A stretch of DNA of 64,000 bases, from IMG/VR virus record IMGVR_UViG_3300042892_002840, positions 33,030 through 97,029 of that record; one strand, 5' to 3'. The notes beneath the pieces were generated by a model, which was not told where the DNA came from, did not search any database, and was given only the letters and a program-made list of their open reading frames with translations. The stretch is from a virus. How positions within the stretch are numbered: the stretch's first letter is position 1; each line of letters opens with the position of its first letter. Both the position numbers and the translations under genes were made by a program. Shown one piece after another: positions 29,577 to 38,565 of this stretch.

Positions 29577-29609
29577 TACAACATAACGAACTAACGAAAG
29601 AAGAAAAAC

Positions 29610-29789
29610 ATGTCCTACGCTTACTCATACGAAACTAACTCTATCTCTAAGTGGGATACAATTCAGGAAGATGTTGCAGACGCTTACTCTTACCTAGATG
29701 AAGAAACCGAACAACCACCCGTTGATGATTTTAATGATGAAGATGATGAACAACTAGCCAAACTATTCGCACTAACATGGGAGAACTAA
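29610..29789 (+). CDS. Small, very acidic protein (59 aa)
   Basis: Hand-translated MSYAYSYE...DDFNDEDDEQLAKLFALTWEN; AACGAAAG leader. Confidence 0.65.
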   Translation: MSYAYSYETNSISKWDTIQEDVADAYSYLDEETEQPPVDDFNDEDDEQLAKLFALTWEN

Positions 29790-29791
29790 TC

Positions 29792-29959
29792 ATGACTATC
29801 ACTTACTCAATTTGGCAAGGTGGGCGCTTGCTTTCTATCGACAACATGGCAAAAGATGTAAAGGAAATCGATACACTAATTAAAACGCTAAACGATAGCG
29901 ACCTAGGAAAACGCACTAAGTTTTCCGCTAACATAATGACTCTAAAGGCTGGTGAATAA
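29792..29959 (+). CDS. Hypothetical protein (MTITYSIW...)
   Basis: GGAG RBS, coupled to the upstream gene. Confidence 0.6.
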   Translation: MTITYSIWQGGRLLSIDNMAKDVKEIDTLIKTLNDSDLGKRTKFSANIMTLKAGE

Positions 29960-30155
29960 TGATAACTCTACAATGTCGCACATGCGACGAAGATGTGTCT
30001 AGCATGTGGCTAGATGAAGATGATGTAGTTACATGTGAGGGGTGTTGGTAATGACTAGACTACTAACCACTATCGTGCAATTAGGTATTGCTATTCCCGC
30101 CCTAATCATGTTGCGCCTTGTAATTAAAGACCTTAGAGAGAATGGATTAAATTAA

Positions 30156-30326
30156 ATGATAACTAGAAAACACTACATAGCCACCGCCGACATACTTGCA
30201 TCTTATAAAGATTTAATCGGAGACGAATTTACTTTCCATGATCTAGTTGATGAATTTGCGGGCATGTTCGCAGAAGATAACCCCGCATTCGATGCGGATA
30301 AATTTATAACCGCTTGCAATAAATAA
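30156..30326 (+). CDS. Hypothetical protein, paralog of 31468-31653
   Basis: MITRKHYIATADIL...FAEDNPAFDADKF versus MMTRKDYVSTAEIL...FAKDNPRFDVVRF. Confidence 0.65.
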   Translation: MITRKHYIATADILASYKDLIGDEFTFHDLVDEFAGMFAEDNPAFDADKFITACNK

Positions 30327-30377
30327 AAATAAATAACGGCGTGTCGGCTTGACAAAATCAAGCTGGCCCGCAAAGGC

Positions 30378-30427
30378 ACGGGGTCGGGCGTGTCGTTACG
30401 GCATTGTTATAAAACCCCTGAAAATTT
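30378..30427 (+). repeat. Tripartite dispersed repeat GAGGG-N13-TTACG-N15/16-(C/G)CCTGAAA, copy 1 of 9
   Basis: Other copies start at 31886, 33143, 35005, 36335, 38616, 40967, 41787 and 41844 with the same GAGGG-to-TTACG spacing. Confidence 0.8.
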
Positions 30428-30465
30428 ACGGCGTGTCGATTTGACAGACAAATCGGACATTTGCA

Positions 30466-30481
30466 TGTGACCTTTATCACA
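30466..30481. promoter_or_regulatory. CRP/GlxR-type site
   Basis: tgtga ccttta tcaca (perfect). Confidence 0.75.
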
Positions 30482-30530
30482 TGACTTGAGCGTCTCACAT
30501 CATGGACTTACTGGCTAGTAGGTAGATAAA

Positions 30531-30552
30531 TGTCAGTCCCCTAATGTATAAT
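30531..30552 (+). promoter_or_regulatory. PafBC-type promoter
   Basis: tgtcag tcccctaatg tataat. Confidence 0.8.
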
Positions 30553-30585
30553 GTCTACTATAACAACAACGAAAGAAGGTCACTC

Positions 30586-30702
30586 ATGAACCTAGATGAA
30601 TTCAAGGCGCACATCACCGCCACCCGTCAAGCAAGCAAGGCAGAAGCCTTGTCAGTGCTATCTGCTACAATTACCAAATCAACAACGAAAGAAGGCAACT
30701 AA
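30586..30702 (+). CDS. Small hypothetical protein (38 aa)
   Basis: MNLDEFKAHI...; AACGAAAGAAGG RBS; TAATG coupling. Confidence 0.55.
   Translation: MNLDEFKAHITATRQASKAEALSVLSATITKSTTKEGN
30650..30671 (+). promoter_or_regulatory. PafBC-type promoter (intragenic)
   Basis: tgtcag tgctatctgc tacaat. Confidence 0.8.
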
Positions 30703-30902
30703 TGTCAGCAAATGTCTATACTGTAGAAAGTCTCCTAGTGGGAAAAATGTATTACTCAAATTCTGTAAAGGGAGAAATTATCTCCGCAGAAAAAAATGAT
30801 GATGTCTGGTATTCCGACTCAGACACTTACAAGGTGCAGGTGCGCCCTCTAAATTCTTTTAAGGATACTTACCGCTATGTAGCGGTGAAGGTCGGTGACT
30901 AA
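30702..30902 (+). CDS. Hypothetical early protein
   Basis: AACGAAAGAAGG RBS. Confidence 0.7.
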   Translation: MSANVYTVESLLVGKMYYSNSVKGEIISAEKNDDVWYSDSDTYKVQVRPLNSFKDTYRYVAVKVGD

Positions 30903-31211
30903 TGACTTTAACAATTTACAAAACTGAATTTTATGAAATCATAGACGAGCAACACTTTTGCTGTGATGAAAGTCAGTTTAAATATTATTGCTTAGAACAC
31001 TCAGAATTTATGGGTTGCTATTTTTGCGGATTTGACTACGAAAAGAATTGCGAGGAACAACACTAATGGGATACATCGAAATTTTTCGCCTTGATGATGA
31101 GGGTGCTGGCTGGGTTGATTTATCCGAGGCTACTCCTGATGAATTATTTAACATAGAACTAGGCTTGCTTAATGAGGGAGCCTTGTTCGATACCCCAGAA
31201 GCAATTTAATT

Positions 31212-31233
31212 TGTCAGACCCCTCTGCTACAAT
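31212..31233 (+). promoter_or_regulatory. PafBC-type promoter
   Basis: tgtcag acccctctgc tacaat. Confidence 0.8.
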
Positions 31234-31264
31234 ACTCTAAACAAACAAACGAAAGGGAAAACCT

Positions 31265-31471
31265 ATGTATCAAATATCTGTTTCATACGATAGCAAGCCT
31301 ATCCATTTTAACAAGAACTATGCAGACGCACTAGAGGCGTTCACCGAATTTAATAAGTTCACCGACTGGGGCTGGGCTAATGAATACGCCACAGTTAATT
31401 TGCAAATGCCAACAGGCAAAATGTATACACGCATTTTTTATCGTGAAGGTCGAAAGGTCGTAACAAAATGA
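31265..31471 (+). CDS. Hypothetical early protein
   Basis: AACGAAAGGG RBS. Confidence 0.7.
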   Translation: MYQISVSYDSKPIHFNKNYADALEAFTEFNKFTDWGWANEYATVNLQMPTGKMYTRIFYREGRKVVTK

Positions 31472-31653
31472 TGACTCGTAAAGATTATGTTTCAACCGCA
31501 GAAATTCTAAAGTATGCAAGCGATAAAACGCACCCCGCTTTATTTTCTAAAATCGTAAATGATTTTGCTGAAATGTTTGCGAAAGATAATCCGCGTTTTG
31601 ATGTTGTGCGATTTCACGAAGCAAGTAATTACAAAGTAAAGGTGGGAAAATAA
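31468..31653 (+). CDS. Hypothetical protein, paralog of 30156-30326
   Basis: ATGA overlap; DNPRFD motif. Confidence 0.7.
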   Translation: MMTRKDYVSTAEILKYASDKTHPALFSKIVNDFAEMFAKDNPRFDVVRFHEASNYKVKVGK

Positions 31654-31954
31654 ATGCAACTAGTTGAAATGTTTGTGTGTGATAGTTGTGAGGATTTTGG
31701 TGCGGTCTACATTGAAGGAGATGTGTTAAGTGTTAAGAAATGCAAATGTGTTGAATAGAATTAAGCGTGTTCAGGAGTTGCGGAGATCAAATGCCGCAAC
31801 CCCTGTTCGCAATAAGAAAAAATACACACGCAAGCGCAAGCATAAAAATTCAGAGCTTTGAATATTTATGCAGGCCCCCTCTTTTGTGGGGGCTTGATGT
31901 GAATTACGACACATTTTAAAAACGCCTGAAAATTTGGGCGTGTCGATTAGTAAA

Positions 31955-31976
31955 TGTCAGTCCATTCTGCTATACT
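31955..31976 (+). promoter_or_regulatory. PafBC-type promoter
   Basis: tgtcag tccattctgc tatact. Confidence 0.8.
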
Positions 31977-32005
31977 TGCCATTCAACCAACGAAAGAGGT
32001 CCATC

Positions 32006-32209
32006 ATGGAACTATTTACAGTATCTTGCTTAAACTATGAAATTTGTGGCGACCAAGCAACCTTTGATTCCGTTGAGGAATATGAAATTTATGGCGATGA
32101 CTATATGTGTGCAGAATGCTACGATTCTGAAGAAATGTCATTCTTTGGCTGGGATATGGATAGCGATGCTCTTGCCTCTGCTGGCCATGGAATGGATGAG
32201 GATTACTAA
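32006..32209 (+). CDS. Small acidic Cys-containing protein (MELFTVSC...)
   Basis: AACGAAAGAGG RBS; ends ALASAGHGMDEDY. Confidence 0.7.
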   Translation: MELFTVSCLNYEICGDQATFDSVEEYEIYGDDYMCAECYDSEEMSFFGWDMDSDALASAGHGMDEDY

Positions 32210-32211
32210 TA

Positions 32212-32233
32212 TGTCAGAGGTCCAAGATATAAT
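32212..32233 (+). promoter_or_regulatory. PafBC-type promoter, leaderless to 32241
   Basis: tgtcag aggtccaaga tataat; ATG follows after 7 nt. Confidence 0.8.
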
Positions 32234-32240
32234 TACCCCC

Positions 32241-32960
32241 ATGAAACTAAAACGCTCTAATGATAGAAAGGTGGCTAACCTTGTCACAAAAAATGGAAAG
32301 CAAGCCGCAATTGCCAATACATTCGGATTACCTGCAGGAAAGGCTTATTCATGTCCTGGCGCTACGTCTATCTGCGAAAGTGTTTGCTATGCAGGCAAAT
32401 TGGAAAAGCTCTTCCCTGGAGTAAAAACTAATCTATTGCACAACTGGGAATTGCTACGCAATGCCGATATGGAAACTATGTTCTCTCTTCTTAATGAAAT
32501 GATCATAGAATTCAAAAATGACTGCGATAAGAAAGACGCTCCTAAGTTATTCCGTATCCACTGGGACGGAGATTTCTTTAATGATTTCTATACATATGCC
32601 TGGAAGAATGTAATCAATGAGCACACCGATGTTCAATTCTGGGTTTATACACGTGTAAAGTCTGCAGCGCTTATTCTTAAGGATGTATCTAATCTATCTC
32701 TTTACTATTCTACCGACGACGAGAATAAAGAAATAGCATTCGATTTAAAAACTAATTCCAAGGTCCGCCTTGCTTATCTAGGCAAGACATTCGCCTCAAC
32801 CGAAGACACAATGAAAGAATTAACGGGAAAGCCTGGCGCTAAGTGTCCTGAGAATATGAAATCAATTCCACTTATTAGCAATGCAGGGTCCGCATGTGTA
32901 TCTTGTGGCCTATGTGTCTACGGTAAAGCGGATATTAGATTTTCTGCGAGTAAAAAATGA
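32241..32960 (+). CDS. GP88-family (radical-SAM-like) phage protein
   Basis: FGLPAG..CPGA...C...CYA; FRIHWDGDF; FWVYTR; CVSCGLC. Confidence 0.8.
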   Translation: MKLKRSNDRKVANLVTKNGKQAAIANTFGLPAGKAYSCPGATSICESVCYAGKLEKLFPGVKTNLLHNWELLRNADMETMFSLLNEMIIEFKNDCDKKDAPKLFRIHWDGDFFNDFYTYAWKNVINEHTDVQFWVYTRVKSAALILKDVSNLSLYYSTDDENKEIAFDLKTNSKVRLAYLGKTFASTEDTMKELTGKPGAKCPENMKSIPLISNAGSACVSCGLCVYGKADIRFSASKK

Positions 32961-33148
32961 TAGATGTAATTGGAGCCGTGATTGCAATTATATTAATTTT
33001 ATTTTTGTGCTCACCAATTGTACTGGCCGTGTACATGTGGAATGCAGCTAAGATAGATATCGATAATGACGGAGTAGAAGATCTCCCTAACCGTTGGTGA
33101 CGGCGTGTCGAGTTGACAATTGTCAGCTCGGCCCGCATATGTGAGGGG

Positions 33149-33178
33149 TTATCCACAGGCTTACGACAGTTATCCACA
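33149..33178 (+). promoter_or_regulatory. Two DnaA-box consensus 9-mers
   Basis: TTATCCACA at 33149 and 33170. Confidence 0.55.
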
Positions 33179-33191
33179 AGCCCTGAAAATT

Positions 33192-33207
33192 TGTGATTAA
33201 TCTCACA
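33192..33207. promoter_or_regulatory. CRP/GlxR-type site
   Basis: tgtga ttaatc tcaca (perfect). Confidence 0.75.
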
Positions 33208-33240
33208 AAAGCTGCGACACGCCGATAGCATCCCACAAAA

Positions 33241-33262
33241 TGTCAGTGGCAACCGCTATAAT
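33241..33262 (+). promoter_or_regulatory. PafBC-type promoter
   Basis: tgtcag tggcaaccgc tataat. Confidence 0.8.
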
Positions 33263-33291
33263 ACTCACATACCAACAACGAAAGGCTACAA

Positions 33292-33498
33292 ATGACCAAA
33301 GTAGAACACTCTCTCAAATTCGTTACAGAGTTTGATGAAACACATCCAACCGCTCAACGATTTTTACAATTAGAAGCGGATGCACAAATTGCTATGCTAG
33401 AGTCAATGCTTAAGGACTTGCTAGTAGATGCAATTCAACCAGTAATTGACCACATTAACGAAGGTGGCTCTTACGCAATTCTAAAGGTGGCTAACTAA
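33292..33498 (+). CDS. Hypothetical early protein
   Basis: AACGAAAGG RBS. Confidence 0.7.
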   Translation: MTKVEHSLKFVTEFDETHPTAQRFLQLEADAQIAMLESMLKDLLVDAIQPVIDHINEGGSYAILKVAN

Positions 33499-33767
33499 TG
33501 GGATACACGACAGCACTATCTCTTGCAGATGATTTATCATTAGAGGCAGGACTTGCTTATCACTTACAGGGTAATCATTACCCACCCGTTCCCGTCTCTA
33601 TGGTGCAACCTTGCATAGATGCTATTGATGCGTTTTATGATGAGGAGTATAGCCGAGAGATTAATCTACCTGAAGGTATTTCATGGCGTGGGCAGAACTC
33701 TTGCCCTGCGTCTGCAATAGTAGATGCTCACCACTTAGAGGCTTGGCTACCTCAATACGAGGATTAG
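33498..33767 (+). CDS. Hypothetical phage protein
   Basis: HLQGNHYPPVP...HHLEAW; TAATG coupling. Confidence 0.75.
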   Translation: MGYTTALSLADDLSLEAGLAYHLQGNHYPPVPVSMVQPCIDAIDAFYDEEYSREINLPEGISWRGQNSCPASAIVDAHHLEAWLPQYED

Positions 33768-33783
33768 GGATCAAAACCAGGCG

Positions 33784-33799
33784 TGTGAGTTTAATCACA
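33784..33799. promoter_or_regulatory. CRP/GlxR-type site
   Basis: tgtga gtttaa tcaca (perfect). Confidence 0.75.
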
Positions 33800-33837
33800 C
33801 GCTTGGTATCTCAAATAATAAGATAGGGCTTGATAAA

Positions 33838-33859
33838 TGTCAGACCCAAATGCTACAAT
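33838..33859 (+). promoter_or_regulatory. PafBC-type promoter
   Basis: tgtcag acccaaatgc tacaat. Confidence 0.8.
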
Positions 33860-33886
33860 ACTACCCTACACAGAAAAGAGGCAAAA

Positions 33887-34069
33887 ATGACAATAGATAA
33901 TCATCTCTATAAGGTTGGCGATTTATTCACCACCCTAAAGTCAAAAAAGACAGGTGTGATTAAAGAAATCCACCCACAAGCATCTGGCTCGGTGCGTGTG
34001 CTACTGGAAATGCCAACAAAGGAAACTCGTTGGACTTCAGTATCGGCTAAGACCCTTCTAGGCGCATAA
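33887..34069 (+). CDS. Small SH3-like hypothetical protein (MTIDNHLY...)
   Basis: YKVGD...TGVIKEI; GAGG RBS. Confidence 0.65.
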   Translation: MTIDNHLYKVGDLFTTLKSKKTGVIKEIHPQASGSVRVLLEMPTKETRWTSVSAKTLLGA

Positions 34070-34147
34070 CCTAGAACGAAACAGGGACAGTTTAAGAGAG
34101 TGTTCTCGTCCAATGTCGTAAGTAAGAACTCTCTCCCTTCGGGGAAA

Positions 34148-34169
34148 TGTCAGACCCCCCTGCTATACT
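34148..34169 (+). promoter_or_regulatory. PafBC-type promoter
   Basis: tgtcag acccccctgc tatact. Confidence 0.8.
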
Positions 34170-34204
34170 ATCCATAACAACAACCAACCAACGAAAGGTA
34201 ACAA

Positions 34205-34621
34205 ATGTCCCGTCAAATCACAGTAAAGGTAGCAACAAGCAAAGTAATCAAGGCACTAGAAGGCACTCTTGCTAAACTAGAGAAGGATTACGCTTCACAG
34301 GAAGCAAACGAAGCAAAGTATCAGAAGGCGCAAGAAGCGTGGAAAAAGGAAATTGGAGATTGGGCTATCAAGAACTTCTCTAAGGCAACTAATCTCCGCA
34401 CATCTTATCGCTCTTGGAACAACACTCTCAATGTTGATTTTGACATTGTAACAAAAGAGTCAGCGTTCCCCGTAGAACCTGAAAAGGACTTTGAGGTAAT
34501 TCATCAGCACAGTTATCGTGAGATGAAAGAGGACATTACAAATGCTCTCACTATCTTAAAGATGACAGATGAGGAAACAGTAAATGCTTCTACAATGAAG
34601 CAGATTGCTAAGTATCTCTAA
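34205..34621 (+). CDS. Hypothetical early protein
   Basis: AACGAAAGG RBS; helical composition. Confidence 0.75.
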   Translation: MSRQITVKVATSKVIKALEGTLAKLEKDYASQEANEAKYQKAQEAWKKEIGDWAIKNFSKATNLRTSYRSWNNTLNVDFDIVTKESAFPVEPEKDFEVIHQHSYREMKEDITNALTILKMTDEETVNASTMKQIAKYL

Positions 34622-34658
34622 ATAATTTGGGGGGCAGAACTAAAGTCCTGAACCCAAA

Positions 34659-34685
34659 CGACCTGAGTAAGTCGCCAAACTGCTC
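34659..34685 (+). ncRNA. Candidate H-type pseudoknot RNA element, copy 1 of 3
   Basis: cgac-CTGAGTAA-gtcg-ccaaac-TGCTC. Confidence 0.5.
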
Positions 34686-34720
34686 TCCCTTCGGGGACAA
34701 CTACTAACAAAGGTAATACA

Positions 34721-34981
34721 ATGGCAAATCGTTTCAGAGTAGAAATCTACGATGCAAACAAACTTAATGACATCACGATTTATTCGGATCAAGGTGTCGA
34801 TAAAGAATATCTAACTGAATTAGTATTCAGTAATATCAGAAACTTTAGCGGAAAAATAAATGCTTATGTTTTTGATAATGTAAAGAAAAAGAAAACAACT
34901 GCAATGTTTCTTGATGAACGCACAGTTGAATTTAATAAAAATATAATTCGGAATGCAACTAAGGTAGAGTTGGGGAGTTAA
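34721..34981 (+). CDS. Hypothetical protein
   Basis: AAAGG RBS. Confidence 0.7.
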   Translation: MANRFRVEIYDANKLNDITIYSDQGVDKEYLTELVFSNIRNFSGKINAYVFDNVKKKKTTAMFLDERTVEFNKNIIRNATKVELGS

Positions 34982-35053
34982 TCCCCAGCTCGGCCCCTGC
35001 TTTTGAGGGGTTATCCACAGCGTTACGATCACCTGTGGAAAACCCTGAAATTT

Positions 35054-35069
35054 TGTGAGATTACTCACA
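35054..35069. promoter_or_regulatory. CRP/GlxR-type site
   Basis: tgtga gattac tcaca (perfect). Confidence 0.75.
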
Positions 35070-35107
35070 TGGATCAATTCGGACATATTTCTAATAAGAT
35101 AGACAAA

Positions 35108-35129
35108 TGTCAGTGGGGTCTGTTATACT
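35108..35129 (+). promoter_or_regulatory. PafBC-type promoter
   Basis: tgtcag tggggtctgt tatact. Confidence 0.8.
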
Positions 35130-35162
35130 TACCAAATCAAACAAACGAAAGGTAAAAAATAT

Positions 35163-36167
35163 ATGGCTCACAATCTCGAAATGGAAAATGGCGAAGTTGC
35201 TTTCGCTCTCCGTGGCGCACCTGCTTGGCACAACCTTGCAAATCGTATCTTCACAAAAGATGAGGAAGTTACAACTGCCTCAATGCTTAGCGAAGCAAAG
35301 TTAGCAAATTGGAATGTTCGTTTATCTCCAATCACTGACCATATCTCAGAATCTTGGAATGATGTATCTAACGCATCTCTTGTGATTCGTGACAACCCAT
35401 TCAATGGTGGAACTGATGTTCTCGCAACTGTTGGCAAGCGTTACAAGCCTGTTCAGAATGAAGAACTATTTGCATTTGCTGATGCAATTCACGATGCCAA
35501 TGCTGATTGCCGTTGGGAATCTGCGGGTTCTCTTAAGAAGGGCAAAGTTGTATTCGGCACTGTAGATATTCCTCGCACAATGGTTCTTGACCCACAAGGC
35601 GCCAATGATGAGACAAAGTTATATCTAATCGTATGGACTTCACACGATGGTTCTGTTGCTGTTCAGGCAGCCGTTACACCTGTTCGTGTTGTATGCCAAA
35701 ACACTCTTAACCTTGCAATGAAGAATGCTAAGCAATCTTTCAAGATTCGCCACACGCAATCTGTTGAAGGTCGTATTCAAGTTGCTCGTGAAACTCTTGG
35801 GCTTGCTCTTGGCTATTTCGATGAATTCGAAACCGAAGCACAAGCACTATTTTCTCAAGCAATTACCGATGCTGAATTTTCTAAGTTGATTCAGACAATT
35901 TATCCAAAGCCAGAAAAAGATGCTAAGGGTGCAATTAAAAAGTGGGAGAACAAAGTTGTTCTGCTTGATGATTTGTATCATAACTCGCCGACTAACGCTA
36001 ATATCAAGGGAACAAAGTGGGGCGCATTCAATGCGCTTACTGAGCGCCTTGATTACTATCGTTCAGGTCGTGGCAATGGTGAAACTCTTATGGCGGGTGC
36101 ATCAGGATTTGACCCTGTTCTAACTGCTGAGAAAAACAAAATCAAGAAATTGGTTTCTGCTTTCTAA
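35163..36167 (+). CDS. DUF932 (TIGR03299 phage/plasmid-like) protein
   Basis: MAHNLE...PAWH.L; Y.PVQN; ESAGSL..G; SHDGS; TPVRVVCQNTL; WGAFNA.TE. Confidence 0.88.
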   Translation: MAHNLEMENGEVAFALRGAPAWHNLANRIFTKDEEVTTASMLSEAKLANWNVRLSPITDHISESWNDVSNASLVIRDNPFNGGTDVLATVGKRYKPVQNEELFAFADAIHDANADCRWESAGSLKKGKVVFGTVDIPRTMVLDPQGANDETKLYLIVWTSHDGSVAVQAAVTPVRVVCQNTLNLAMKNAKQSFKIRHTQSVEGRIQVARETLGLALGYFDEFETEAQALFSQAITDAEFSKLIQTIYPKPEKDAKGAIKKWENKVVLLDDLYHNSPTNANIKGTKWGAFNALTERLDYYRSGRGNGETLMAGASGFDPVLTAEKNKIKKLVSAF

Positions 36168-36174
36168 ATAAAAA

Positions 36175-36202
36175 AAATCCTGAGCAAGATTTAAAACTGC
36201 TC
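36175..36202 (+). ncRNA. Candidate H-type pseudoknot RNA element, copy 2
   Basis: aaatc-CTGAGCAA-gattt-aaaac-TGCTC. Confidence 0.5.
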
Positions 36203-36209
36203 ACCATTA

Positions 36210-36283
36210 GGTCCATTAGCTCAGTTGGTTAGAGCGCTACCCTGTCACGGTAGAGGTCGACGGTTCAAGTCCGTTATGGATCG
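36210..36283 (+). tRNA. tRNA-Asp(GUC)
   Basis: Cloverleaf; anticodon arm CTACC-CT GTC AC-GGTAG. Confidence 0.92.
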
Positions 36284-36392
36284 CAAATAATATTTATGCA
36301 TTTCATTGTATAAATATGCACTGCCCCCAATACTGAGGGTGTGATTCTTATCATACGAGGATCATAAAAAATCCCTGAAAATATCTTCCATT

Positions 36393-36414
36393 TGTCAGTG
36401 GTAAGCGCTATAAT
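36393..36414 (+). promoter_or_regulatory. PafBC-type promoter
   Basis: tgtcag tggtaagcgc tataat; 1-mismatch CRP site at 36340-36355. Confidence 0.8.
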
Positions 36415-36439
36415 ACTCCTATACAACGAAAGGAATACA

Positions 36440-36874
36440 ATGGACCGCAGAGAATCAAGAAGCAACGGATATATTGGAACAATTGTAGATGGCGAAAAGC
36501 TTGCTGAAATTGCAAATGGAATTTACAACCTGCAGTACAGTAGCGACTTCTCTAAATGTACAGTAGATTCATTACTGTTTATTGAACTAGAAGAGAAGAA
36601 TGTTTACGGGGACCCTAAATATGCCTTGGTATGCTCAGAGGGTGTTGGATGGGAGCAGGACACATATGGTTGCCTAGAAGTTCCGACCAACATTGGTCAA
36701 ATGGGACTATGGAATGGAAGAGTATTTATTTCAGTAGACACTGTTAAAGCTTGTTTGACTGATCGTACAGAAGACATTGCAGATTACATTAGAATCTTTG
36801 GGGACCGCCTTGACCGCAACTGCTACTTGTGGCAGTCAAAAATGTCAGTGGTACCTGCTACAATACTCGCATGA
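36440..36874 (+). CDS. Hypothetical early protein (MDRRES...)
   Basis: AACGAAAGGA RBS. Confidence 0.7.
   Translation: MDRRESRSNGYIGTIVDGEKLAEIANGIYNLQYSSDFSKCTVDSLLFIELEEKNVYGDPKYALVCSEGVGWEQDTYGCLEVPTNIGQMGLWNGRVFISVDTVKACLTDRTEDIADYIRIFGDRLDRNCYLWQSKMSVVPATILA
36843..36864 (+). promoter_or_regulatory. PafBC-type promoter (intragenic; leaderless to 36871)
   Basis: tgtcag tggtacctgc tacaat. Confidence 0.8.
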
Positions 36875-37536
36875 CCAACGCACTAGTATCAAGTAAGTAT
36901 ACATTTGCCTGCGACCCAGATGAATGTGATGTCTTAATTGAATTAACTTCATCAGACGGGTTTGGATTCCCGTCGGGTGTGGTACAAATCACATGTCCAT
37001 GTGGCCGTAAGCCAATCTTATTGTCAGTGGAGCATGCTACAATTGCACCTTCAACAACAACGAAAGAGGATAAAATGGAAACAACAACAATCGGTTCAGA
37101 TGCATTCCACTCACCTGCAGTAGAATACAATCCTGATTTACTAGTTACATATAAAGTAATCAAGGGTTACTCTGACCCTGAATTTACAACATCAAAGGTA
37201 ACAAGTCTTGAGTGGGACCTACATAATGGTCGTCAATCTCAAAAGCGTGTAGGTCTTCTTGAATCAAACATCAATACAGTTAAAAATATAATCTCTGAGG
37301 CATATGCTGATTCAGATGACCAAGATACACTTCGTTCAATTGCTGAAGCGCTTAGCATTGAACTAACACGAACTGTAGAATTTACTGCAACTATCGAGGT
37401 TAGCGGAACAATTGACCTTAACCTTCTTGAGGACTATGACTTTGAAACAGAAATCACAGACAATCTTTATGTTGATTCACAGAGTGGCAACATTGAGATT
37501 GGCGATACTGAAATCTGTTATGTGAGGGAAGCATAA
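36871..37536 (+). CDS. Hypothetical protein with an N-terminal Cys motif and an in-frame internal start at 37075
   Basis: CDPDEC...CPCG; second promoter and RBS precede METTTI. Confidence 0.65.
   Translation: MTNALVSSKYTFACDPDECDVLIELTSSDGFGFPSGVVQITCPCGRKPILLSVEHATIAPSTTTKEDKMETTTIGSDAFHSPAVEYNPDLLVTYKVIKGYSDPEFTTSKVTSLEWDLHNGRQSQKRVGLLESNINTVKNIISEAYADSDDQDTLRSIAEALSIELTRTVEFTATIEVSGTIDLNLLEDYDFETEITDNLYVDSQSGNIEIGDTEICYVREA
37022..37043 (+). promoter_or_regulatory. PafBC-type promoter (intragenic)
   Basis: tgtcag tggagcatgc tacaat. Confidence 0.8.
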
Positions 37537-37748
37537 TGTATTTTGAATTAACTGCTCCATCTCAAGTGGCCTTTGCGAGGGCCACTTGGGAAGCGGAGAT
37601 GATTGGGCTGGACCCAATGACAATTGCACCGTTGACTTTCAACATCGGAACTGGTAGTATTGAGAAAGTATCACGGATTCGTGATAAGTATAATCTAGTA
37701 GAGAGTTATACATCAGACTACGAGCCAACAGGTTACACAGGGAGATAA
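37536..37748 (+). CDS. Hypothetical protein
   Basis: TAATG coupling. Confidence 0.65.
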   Translation: MYFELTAPSQVAFARATWEAEMIGLDPMTIAPLTFNIGTGSIEKVSRIRDKYNLVESYTSDYEPTGYTGR

Positions 37749-38074
37749 TATGTCAGACTACAAAGATGGTTTTCAAGATGGATATAAGTTTGCTCGTGAG
37801 GAACTTATGGAAAGACTTGCTGAGATTGATATCGCTGATATCGATTCTTGGATTCTTGACCGTCTTTCAGAGATGATCGAAGGTAACCAACTTTGATGGC
37901 TGAATGGCTTAAGTGTGACCAATGTGCGGCGCAAGCAATGTGGGAAGCAAAGAAAGACACAATGTCTCTTTATTTTTGCGGACACCATAAAAATGAACAG
38001 GGCGAGCCACTTGTGGACTGGGCCCAAGAAATGATACAATTACTCAACTACGAAAAAGAAATGGCGGAATAAAA

Positions 38075-38443
38075 ATGGGCGACAGAGCAAACTTTGGTTT
38101 CAGAGATTCCAAGGAAGACATCATCTTTCTATACGGGCACTGGGCTGGACATCGAATGCTAGAAAATTTAGCGGATGCTGTACAGGCTGCAGAGCCACGC
38201 TGGAATGATGAATCATATGCAACACGTATAGCAATTAGCAGACTCATTGGCGATGAATGGACCAGCGAAACTGGATGGGGCATTAGCGTAAATGCATTAG
38301 CAGATAATGAGCACAAGGTACCTATCATCGATTGGAAGAATAAAACATTCACTCTAATGGAAGAGGACCTTGTCACTGAAGTATTTACCATGGACCTTCA
38401 AAAGTTCGTGGCCAAGTATTCTAGTCAACTCGTTATGGTATAA
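38075..38443 (+). CDS. Hypothetical phage protein
   Basis: MGDRANF...LYGHWAG...RWND.SYATRI. Confidence 0.75.
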   Translation: MGDRANFGFRDSKEDIIFLYGHWAGHRMLENLADAVQAAEPRWNDESYATRIAISRLIGDEWTSETGWGISVNALADNEHKVPIIDWKNKTFTLMEEDLVTEVFTMDLQKFVAKYSSQLVMV

Positions 38444-38565
38444 TTATACTAGGACTTTGGTCCTGGTTTTAATAGGAAATGAAATGGTGCATCTATTAGT
38501 CTGCGGGCCAGGTGCTAAGTAAAGCGGTTTATTTCTTTCGTTGGAAATCAGCAGCCATATTCATA

